Shown here one piece after another: positions 11,354 through 20,000 of a stretch of 20,000 bases of DNA. The translations under genes were made by a program, and so were the position numbers. The notes below the pieces were generated by a model. That model was not told where the DNA came from, did not search any database, and saw nothing but the letters and a program-made list of their open reading frames with translations. How positions within the stretch are numbered: position 1 is the stretch's first letter; each line of letters starts with the position of its first letter. Origin of the DNA: Chiloscyllium plagiosum. Taxonomy: Eukaryota. The DNA is taken from positions 57,976,875 through 57,996,874 of the forward strand of contig NC_057718.1 in the NCBI RefSeq assembly GCF_004010195.1. The letters are read 5' to 3'.

Positions 11354-11545
11354 TTCTGGATTAGTGGTGCTGGAAGAGCACAGCAGTTCAGGCAGCATCA
11401 GAGGAGCAGTAAAATTGACGTTTTGGGCAAAAGCCCTTCATCAGGAATACAGGCAGAGAGTCTGAAGAGTGGGGAGAAAGTAACATAGAGTACAATAGGT
11501 GAGTGGGGGAGGGGATGAAGGTCAGTGTCGGGGGGTGGGGTGGGC
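11354..11545 (-). mobile_element. Penelope-like 3' end/pLTR, inverted arm
   Basis: Reverse complement of ~11905-12106 with an internal deletion; carries a hammerhead-like core at 11414-11448 and runs into the assembly gap. Confidence 0.7.
11414..11448 (-). ncRNA. Minimal hammerhead ribozyme motif, core mutated
   Basis: Minus strand CUGAUGA-A-GGGC(UUUU)GCCC-AAAA-CGUC; GAAA has become AAAA. Confidence 0.55.
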
Positions 11546-11827
11546 NNNNNNNNNNNNNNNNNNNNNNNNNNNNNNNNNNNNNNNNNNNNNNNNNNNNNNN
11601 NNNNNNNNNNNNNNNNNNNNNNNNNNNNNNNNNNNNNNNNNNNNNNNNNNNNNNNNNNNNNNNNNNNNNNNNNNNNNNNNNNNNNNNNNNNNNNNNNNNN
11701 NNNNNNNNNNNNNNNNNNNNNNNNNNNNNNNNNNNNNNNNNNNNNNNNNNNNNNNNNNNNNNNNNNNNNNNNNNNNNNNNNNNNNNNNNNNNNNNNNNNN
11801 NNNNNNNNNNNNNNNNNNNNNNNNNNN
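11546..11827. other. Assembly gap
   Basis: Run of N. Confidence 1.
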
Positions 11828-12142
11828 CTCCTCTCTGACCTATCACCTTCATCCCCACCCCATTCACCCATTGTACTCTTTGCTACCTTGCCCCACCCTC
11901 CTCCCTGACCTATTACCTTCATCCCACCCCCATTCACCTATTGTACTTTATGTTACTTTCTCCCCACCCTCCTCTCACTTATCTCTCCACCCTTCAGGCT
12001 CTCTGCCTGTATTCCTGATGAAGGGCTTTTGCCCAAAACATCAATTTTACTGCTCCTCGGATGCTGCCTGAACTGCTGTGCTCTTCCAGCACCACTAATC
12101 CAGAATCTGGCTTCCAGCATCTGCAGTAATTGTTTTTACCTG
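11828..12142 (+). mobile_element. Penelope-like 3' end/pLTR, direct arm
   Basis: Pyrimidine-rich tandem units (CTGACCTATYACCTTCATCCC..CCCCATTCACCYATTGTACT x2), then ATTCCTGATGAAGGGCTTTTGCCCAAAACATC and a tail ending ...TTGTTTTTACCT. No coding sequence is visible, so the class assignment rests on the ribozyme motif and the inverted architecture. Confidence 0.7.
12011..12046 (+). ncRNA. Minimal hammerhead ribozyme motif, core mutated
   Basis: CUGAUGA-A-GGGC(UUUU)GCCC-AAAA-CAUC against the canonical ...GAAA-CGUC; both changes fit CpG decay. Confidence 0.55.
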
Positions 12143-12300
12143 ATATAAACAGGACATTGAGTCTCTTCAGTTTAGGGGACTGACTCTGTTACAGTCAGTG
12201 TGTTACTGTTACTTTCTGCTTCTCTTTTTGGGAGGGGGAAACCTGATTCCTGAACTGGCTGAATTATTTAGCCAGTTTGCTAACTGGCATTCCTTTTTAT

Positions 12301-14268
12301 TTATTTATTTATTTATTTATATATTTTTTTTCCAGGGTGTTGGTGGACACCGCGTGCTCCTTCTCCAAGGACACCCGGGCTCTAACGTAATCTCCTGTTT
12401 ATATATATATACTTTTTTCTTTTTTTTTTAACCCCCACACTACCACCTAAGTGCGGTAGTGCTTACTGGCATTCCTTTTTTTTTAGTGGAAGACACAAAG
12501 TGCACAAATGTTTATTCAATTTCCACCACCAGGAAGATAGGAAAACACCCGGGTGACCAGTGACAAACACTGCCCTTCACATCAAAGGGCAGTGCTGTGT
12601 GATCAAAACAGTGAAGGGGAGGGTAGGGACTAAATCAAAATAGAGTTGGAGGGAGAAATGATGCACTCCACTCCCTGTGGCGCCCACCTCTCCCTGAACA
12701 ACTCCAGGGTGTTGGTCGACGCCGCGTGCTCCTTCTCCAAGGACACCCGGGCTCTAACATAACCGCGGAAGAGGGGCAGGCAGTCGGCCCTAACGACCCC
12801 CTCCACGGCCCGCTGCCTGGACCTGTTGATGGCCAGTTTGGCCAGGCCCAGGAGCACTGGCATTCCTTTTTTTCTTTTTATAGGAAAAACACCCGGGTGG
12901 CCAGTGACAAGCACTGCCCTTTCTCCTGTTTATTTTTCTTTCTTTTTTTAACCCCCACACTACCACCTAAGTGCGGTAGTGCTTATTACATTCCTGTGTA
13001 TATATTTTTTTTTTTCTCAAATTCCCACTCCTGTTTATATATATATTTTTTTATTTTAACCCCCACACTACCACCTAAGTGCGGTAGTGCTTATTTTATC
13101 CCCAGCACCCATGGTGTGTGTGTGCAGGTGTAAGACACTGTGAAAGACACAAAGTGCACGAATCTTTATTCAAATTACACCACCGGGAAGATAGGAAAAC
13201 ACCGGGTGGCCAGTGACAAACACTGCCCTTCACATCAAAGGACAGTGCTGTGTGATCAAAACAGTGAAGGACACTCCTGATTATTTTTTTTTTTTCAAAT
13301 TCTCCAGATTATTTTTTTTTCTCTTTTTTTTTCCAGATTATATTTTTTTTTTTCTTCTTTTTTTTTGTTTTAACCCCCACACTACCACCTAAGTGCAGTA
13401 GTGCTTATTTTATCCCCAGCACCCATGGTGTGTGTGTGCAGGTGTAAGACACTGTGAAAGACACAAAGTGCACGAATCTTTATTCAAATTACACCACCGG
13501 GAAGATAGGAAAACACCGGGTGGCCAGTGACAAACACTGCCCTTCACATCAAAGGACAGTGCTGTGTGATCAAAACAGTGAAGGGGAGGGTAGGGACTAA
13601 ATCAAAATAGAATTGGAGGGAGAAATGATGCACTCCACTCCCTGCGGCGCCCACCTCTCCCTGAACAACTCCAGGGTATTGGTGGACACCGCATGCTCCT
13701 TCTCCAAGGACACCCGGGCCCTAACGTAACCGCGGAAGAGGGGCAGGCAACACTGGGGAATTTATTTTTTTTTTTTTTTTTTTTTCTTTACCCTACACTA
13801 CCACCTAACTGCGGTAGTGCTTATTTTATCCCCAGCACCCATGGTGTATGTGTGCAGGTGTGAGACACAGTGAAAGACACAAAGTGACATTCCTGTTTAA
13901 ATATTTTTTTTTCCAAATTCCACCACCAGGAAGATAGGAAAACACCCAGGTGGCCAGTGACAANNNNNNNNNNNNNNNNNNNNNNNNNNNNNNNNNNNNN
14001 NNCAGTGCTGTGTGATCAAAACAGTGGAGGGGTGGGTAGGGACTAAATCAAAATAGAGTTGGAGGGAGAAATGATGCACTCCACTCCCTGCGGCGCCCAC
14101 CTCTCCCTGAACAACTCCAGGGTGTTGGTGGACACCGCGTGCTCCTTCTCCAAGGACACCCGGGCTCTAACATAACCGCGGAAGAGGGGCAGGCAGACGG
14201 CCCTAACGACCCCCTCCACGGCCCGCTGCCTGGACCTGTTGATGGCCAGTTTGGCCAGGCCCAGGAGC
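12301..14268 (-). mobile_element. Minus-strand concatemer of about 9 short Tx1 3' fragments flanked by a 15-bp direct repeat
   Basis: Units at approx. 12332-12390, 12430-12464, 12491-12855, 12880-12921, 12950-12987, 13058-13269, 13371-13750, 13789-13885 and 13913-14268. ACTGGCATTCCTTTT flanks both sides (12283-12297 and 14269-14283). Confidence 0.92.
13964..14002. other. Assembly gap within a Tx1 3' UTR copy
   Basis: Run of N; the flanks are collinear with the other 3' UTR copies. Confidence 1.
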
Positions 14269-15029
14269 ACTGGCATTCCTTTTAGTGAGGACTGATTGTT
14301 AAACTCCTGATGCACATAATGTGTTTCAGGTGTAACTCAGTTCTCATTAGGGGATTGTTGTTTCACTGGCTGGTTACAGCCTGTGTTATACTTTTTTTTT
14401 ACTTTTGAGAAAGGACCATGTTATATTTGTGGTAGGGCTTAGCCCATGGACTCAAGTTTCCTTTGTTTTTTGTATGTGTCCTCACTGTTTTTGGTGTTTG
14501 GACTGAGCCCTTGTGGAAGACATACATTTTACCAGAGGAGCTGTTCCTGTGGGGAGGCCTGGGCCTGTGTGTGTGCTGGGAGGTTAGCACTTGTATCCTG
14601 GAGTTTGGATTAAACCCCTGTGAGTTAACTGCACATGTACTATGTTCCTGTGAGTGGGCCTGGTTTTCCAAGGCTGGGCCAGGACTCCATGGAGACTGAA
14701 TACCTGTGCGCTGTGCATTTGCTGCCTTCAGGAGTGAACTCTGCCCTCGGTTGGGGACCCTGCTTTTTATTGGTGGACTCTGCAGTTTGGAGTGGACTCC
14801 ATTTTGGACAATGCACCTTGCAAACTGGAGTGGACTCCATTCCTGGGAATGGACTCTATATTTTGAAGACTCTATATTTGGACTGTGTACTAGAAAGGAC
14901 TCTGTTTGTTGGTAACTAACTGTCATATGGTTTGTTGGGGTTATCACCTGCACTGTCTTGAATGTCCCTGGGTCTGGCAGGTCTTACCATGAGCTGGGAG
15001 GCTCATGGGTCATCCTGAAAGCTGTCACC

Positions 15030-15545
15030 CCAAGAGCCGGAGGGTGAGTAGGCCATCCTGTGAACCTGAAGGTTTGTAGGCTGTCCCGAAAGCCGGAGGG
15101 AGGGTAGGCCATTCTGAGTGCTGTCGTCCCAAGAAGGGGTGATCTGGATGGGCTGTCCTAGAGGTGGTCAGAAGGTGTCTGAGCAGCTGAGAGCCAGAAG
15201 GCACGTAGGGGCAGGCTGAGATCTAGAAGGCTTGTGGGATACCCTGCACACCTTCGTCCCAGGGAAGGGGGACGGGCTGTCCTAGAGGTGGCTGGAAGGT
15301 GTGCCAGGCTAGCCCACTGGCTGGATGATGCATCGGGGTGGGTGAGAGCCCAATGGTACGTAGGGCAGACAGAGCCAGAAGGTGGGTAGGCCATCCTGAC
15401 TGCTGTCACACTGGGCGGGTACTGGGGCGGGCTATCCTAGAGGTGGTTGAAAGGTGTTAGGGTGGACAGAAAAAAGACAGAAAGAGCATGGGGTGGACCA
15501 AGAGCCATAGGGGCGGGCTGCTTTAGAGTGGTCGGAAGGTGGGAG
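15030..15545 (+). repeat. Degenerate G-rich modular repeats in an unassigned segment
   Basis: GGGCTRTCCTAGAGGTGGYYRGAAGGTGT-like units at ~15150, 15274, 15429 and 15515; AGCCRGARGG..GTAGGCCATYCTG at ~15035, 15091 and 15373. Confidence 0.7.
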
Positions 15546-15805
15546 GGACGGGGGCTTGCTGGGTCTGTATTGTCTGCTCTTTCCATGTAACATGATTGTC
15601 TCATGTACAAATGTCATTGTTGCTGTCTTTTCATATTTGAAACTGGGATTTGTTGTTTGTCCTCCATTCCCTGTTCCCTGTAAACTGGTTGAACGGTAGG
15701 GTTTGGGGCCTAGCTTTGCTGTTCCTCCCCCTTGTAAAATTATTGTTGTATACAGCTGTAAATGTTACTGTTTTTTGTAAACTGTTTTGGATTTTATTTA
15801 ATAAA

Positions 15806-15824
15806 ATATAAACAGGAGTGTCAG
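15806..15824 (+). other. Junction/target motif ATATAAACAGGAGTGTCAG preceding Tx1 copy 2
   Basis: Longest plus-strand instance of the motif found at about 14 insertion junctions in the window. Confidence 0.8.
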
Positions 15825-16396
15825 ACATCCTGTTCTTTCTGAGCTGGCTCTTGAGGGAGCTGGACCAGTGTGTGTGAAGGACTCTCCTCTTGATTTGCTT
15901 CAGGAGAAGGGGGAACTGATGCTGGGACTGGCTGGCTCACAGCCAGTGTGGGAGAAGAGAAAAGGAAGAAGAGTTAGACAGAAGGAGGTGAGAGTTCGGA
16001 GGCCTGGGCCTGTGTCTGGTGCTGCAGCCTTGGTTTTGCCTACAGCTGGCCCAACTGCTGCTGCTGCCTGAGGCCTACCTCCATGGCTGCTGCCAGAGCC
16101 TCACCCAGGTCAAGGGAGTGTTGCTGCTGCCTGGGGCCCACTCCCACTGCTCATCTCTGGGATCCACCTCACTGTTGCTACCTGGGACTCACTTTGGGGC
16201 CCCTCCCAGGACCTCTAGACTGTTGCTGCTAGAGGCCCATCTCCACCACTGCTGCCCAGGACGCACTGCTGCTGCCTGGGACTTGGCTTTGGATCATGCC
16301 AGGACCTCCACCACTGCTGTTGCCTGGGACCTCTAATGGACTCCTGTCACACCTGGTTCCTGGGGCCTGTTTCCACCAGCAGCAGACAGAAAAAGT

Positions 16397-18343
16397 ATGG
16401 TGAGGCTGAAGACCGCAGGACCCAGCCACACCTATGCTGGGGTAGCCGCTGCCTTTGGCTTAGCTGCTGCAACCCCAATCCCCTTCAGGCACCTAACTAA
16501 ATGCCTGGGGCTAAAGGCCTATCCCCAGCCCAACATGACCATCGAGGCCTGCAGTAAGGCCATGGCTAGTGTGGTTGGCCCACTGGCCATCGCTGCAGCC
16601 AGGATGTATGGGAAGGCTGTATTTTTCCTCGAGACCGAGCAGGCGGTCCACCTAGCCGTGGAGAGGGATCTCACTGTGGGTGGGACACATCTACTCATTG
16701 ACCCTTTGGAGATTACGGCCCAGAGGGTCGTGATCCCCAACATCCCGCCCTTCATTGCCAGTGAGCTCCTTCTTCCCCACCACAACACCTTGGTGGAGAT
16801 CGGGTCGGGTGTCCAACCGCTCCTGCTTGGTCTCCAGGACCTTGCCCTGCGGCATATTTATTCCTTCTGACGCCAGGTGTTCATTTGCCTGGCCCGGGAG
16901 GAGGTCAGCGAGGGCCCGATAACCCTCTTCCACGAAGGTGTGACCAACTGCATCTTCTGGATGGTGTGTGGTGCCACCTGTGCCGCGAGGTGGGGGCACA
17001 TAAGAAAAAAACTGCCCCACCCAGAAGGCTGCCCAGCCCAGCACGATAATGCCCCCGCGGCCGTGCCAGCCTCTCCCCGGCGCGGGAACCCTGACCCCCA
17101 AACCCGTACCTGATCCTGGCCCTGCAGCACCCACTGACCCCCCCACACAACCCCTGCCCCGTTACAGAAACTCCTGGGGCTTCAACGCCTGCTACTTGCC
17201 CGGGGGTCCCTGAGCCCTTGGCACTACCTGGGGGAAACCACCACTGCTTTCCCTCCTACAGCAGCTGTGTCTCTGGGCCCCGGAGAGGGAACTGGGCCCC
17301 TGCCCTGCCCACCATCACCTGATAAACCAGGGCGGGGTAGGAAGTGACACAGATGGCCTGCCACACCCCCAGGCAATAGGATTCTGGGAGAAGCTGGGGG
17401 GAGGCACCTCGGACCCCATGATCACCAAGGCGGGTGGGGAGGGGTAGGCCCATAAACTCCCCCCTGTCTCTCTGGGGAAGAGGCGCCAGCCCTTGGAGGG
17501 GAGAGACATGCCAGCGGCACTGGCCCTCTCCAGGGCATGAGCCTATGGTGTCTCTTGCCTGTCCCACACTTGGGCCTGACCTGCCGGAATCCCCAGGGAT
17601 TACAGCAGGACCTCCTGCTGCCGTAATTCCACCGGCCCCTGGGGAGGACTTTAACAACCACGAGGGCCACAGTACAGGTGACGACAGTGAACTGTCCGCT
17701 GGGTCGTCGAGCGGTGGAGGGGAGGAAGGTGTTATCCTCACTCCTCCCTCCCAGACTGTTTTTCTGGGGGCCTTGACCCTGGGGCAGGACCTTTTCCCCG
17801 AGGAGCCGGGCGTCCCGGTGGTGGGAGAGGAGCGGGGCCCCGAGCCTCTGCCGCCTGACGACCCGAACTTAGGGCATTCTGGGAAGGGATGCGCCGAGGA
17901 AGGGACCGCTGGTGACCCTGGGGGGTGGGGTCGCTGGGGGATTGAGGCCAGTTGGCGGTGCTGGACCAGCCCCCACTCTCTCAGTGGGGGAGGAGTCTGT
18001 GACCGAGGGCGACCTCCCAGAGGAGGGTTCAGGATCGGTAGTGGACACTGGGGATGACGCGGAGTCTGTCTCCAGCGACATTTGAGTCCCAGGTGCCCCC
18101 CACCGATCTCCCCCTCATCGCCCTCAAAACTCTGGGAGTTTGTCGAGGAAACTGAGTCGCCGGGATAGAGCCCAATTGGCGCTCGACCGCTGGAGCTCCT
18201 TCGAGAGAGTCTACTGGTCGGCCCAGGCTGCTCACCAGGCGCCTGGGCTCGATGTCAATGAGCGAAAGCAAGTCAGGAACTTCCTGGAGGTGCTCCTGGT
18301 GAGGGCGAGGGACTTCTGTGCCCCTCCCTCGTCCTCCCATTAA
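16397..18343 (+). pseudogene. Tx1 ORF1p, copy 2, disrupted
   Basis: FRHLTK..MTIEACSKAMASVVGPLAIAAARMYGKAVFFL..TVGGTHLLIDPLE..NIPPF resembles the Xenopus TX1 ORF1 N-terminus. Stop at 16868-16870; knuckle CHLCREVGHIRK at ~16972-17007; deletion at ~17040; further frameshifts. Confidence 0.88.
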
Positions 18344-18387
18344 ATGTATATAGTTTTTAACTGTACTGATTGTACAAAGCTTCCGAC

Positions 18388-20000
18388 ATGGAGACAACTA
18401 TAGCCAGCCTCAACATCAACGGCAGCAGGGAGTCGCAGCGCAGATTCCAGACCCTCTCGGTCCTTCGGGACGGGAGGTATGCGGTGTGCTTCCTGCAAGA
18501 AACCCACACTACCCCGGGAGACGAAGCTACCTGGCTCCTGGAGTAGCGAGGGGTGGTCTACATGAGTCACCTCACCCGCAGATCTGGCGGGGTGGCTATC
18601 TTGTTGACCCTGCGTTTTCAGCTGGAGATCTTAGGCGTCAGGGAGCCTGTGCCAGGCCGTTTGCTTCACCTGACGGTTCGGCTGGGGGGCGCGGTGCTTC
18701 ACTTGGTGAACGTCTACGCTCCCCTGGCCGGGCCGAGGCAAGCGAGCTTCTTCAGAGAAGTGTCCGCTCATCTCGCCTCCATCGCCGAAAGCCAGTGCGT
18801 CGTCCTCGGGGGAGTTTTAACTGCGTCTTCGAGGGCAGGGACCACGGCGGTGCCCGCATTGGGGAGGAGGTTGAGGGACTTGGTGGACGTCTGGCGGAAT
18901 CTCCATCCCGACTCCATCGCCTTCACCTTTGTGAGGCCTGGGGTCGGAGCGTCCGGAATCGACCGCCTGTACGTTTCGCGGGCGTATGCCTCCTGTTTTC
19001 CGAAGGGCTCCACGCGGCAGGTGTCGTGCACGGAGCATCACCTGGTGTGGGCGGAACTCCTTCCATTCGGTGCCAGGCTCGGCTCCGCGTACTGGCACTT
19101 TAACAACCTGCTGCTGGAGGACGAACGGTTCCGGGACTCGTCTTGTCGTTTCTGGGCCAGCTGGAGAAGGAAGCGGGGAAGCTTCCCCTCCCTGAGACTA
19201 CGGTGGGATGTGGGCAAGGCTCACGTCCGCGTCTTCTGTCAGGAGTACGTGAGGGGGTCGACAGAGTGGCAGAAATCCAGGATCGGGGAGTTGGAGAGGT
19301 AGATGCTCGACCTGGAGTCACGCCTCGGTCAGCCCGACGCGGACCCGGCCCTGGGCGGGGCGTACGAAGAGAAGGCCGCGCTCCGGGACCTGCAGCTCGT
19401 CGGGGCTCGGGGTGCGTACGTGAGGTCGCGGATCCAGCTCCTCCAGGACCTGGACTGTGGCTCCCCCTTCTACTCGCTGGAAAAAAGGCGTGGCACCCGT
19501 CAGCAACTTCTTGTGCTGCTGGCCGACGGCGGGTCCCTCGTCTCTGATCCGGAGGGCATCAGGGCCCACGTCCAAAACTATTACACGGCTCTGTTCTCTC
19601 CGGATCCATCCAGCGAGGATGCTCGCAGAGTTCTGTGGGAGGACCTGCCGCAGCTCAGCCCGGAGGACGCCGGAAGACTCGACGCTCCCGTCACTTTAGA
19701 GGAGCTGACTGGTGCCCTTGACCAGCTCTCGAGGGGCAAAACCCCCGGGCTGGAAGGGCTGACTGTGGAGTTCTTTAGAGCGTTCTGGGGAGCGACTACG
19801 TACAGGTCCTGGGAGAGTGTCTAAATGCCGGAGAGCTACCCCTTTCTTGGCGCAGGGCGGTCATCGTCTTGCTGTCAAAGAAGGGGGACCTTCGTTCTCT
19901 AAAGGACTGGTGTCCCGTCTCTCTCCCTCCTCAGCACGGGCTACAAAATCTTCGCCAGGGTGTTGTCTTCTCGCCTGGCCTCCGTGCTGGCCCACATGAT
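18388..20000 (+). pseudogene. Tx1 ORF2p, copy 2 (APE endonuclease and RT N-terminus), disrupted and partial
   Basis: METTIASLNING..CFLQETH, TAG at 18544, GGVAIL, VNVYAP, IDRLYVS, KTPGLEGLTVEFF; frameshifts present. Confidence 0.94.

Larger units (their letters stand above)
15825..20000 (+). mobile_element. Tx1-clade LINE copy 2 (5' UTR, ORF1, 5' half of ORF2; continues beyond the window)
   Basis: Collinear with copy 1 from GTG.AAGGACTCTCCT (~15870 vs ~4620) through ORF1, spacer, EN and the start of RT. Confidence 0.94.

Noticed and set aside
11388..12071. ORFs spanning the N run
   Set aside because: Artefacts of translating an assembly gap.
12283..12300. Junction motif as a FOX:ETS (TAAACAGGAA) or TEAD (GGAATG) enhancer cluster
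   Set aside because: The resemblance is real, but the positions track retrotransposon junctions and nothing here supports a regulatory function.
12283..14285. CRISPR-like array (repeated hairpin and motif with variable spacers)
   Set aside because: The units are Tx1 3' fragments of very unequal length with A-rich tails, there are no cas genes, and the context is eukaryotic.
14399..14953. 184-aa minus-strand ORF in the unassigned segment
   Set aside because: Low-information translation of short repeats with a non-ATG start and no domain signature.

Overview
Eukaryotic, repeat-dominated window with no intact host gene. The repeat content suggests a cartilaginous fish (shark); this is an inference. 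It contains a decayed PIF/Harbinger transposase (minus, ~252-1406) and two Penelope-like insertions with minimal hammerhead-ribozyme motifs (~2697-3320 and ~11354-12142). From ~3321 to the window end lies a dense nest of one Tx1-clade (L1 superfamily) non-LTR retrotransposon family: two near full-length degenerate copies (4611-11077 and ~15825->20000) plus about a dozen truncated pieces on both strands. The most striking signal is that most insertion junctions carry the same short motif, consensus (T)ATAAAMAGGARTGYCAG, seen about 14 times. It sits between one copy's A-rich tail and the next copy's 5' end. This points to a sequence-specific Tx1 family that regenerates its own target and builds concatemers. 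An inverted Penelope-like insert and an unexplained ~1.65 kb non-coding segment are bracketed by the same motif.
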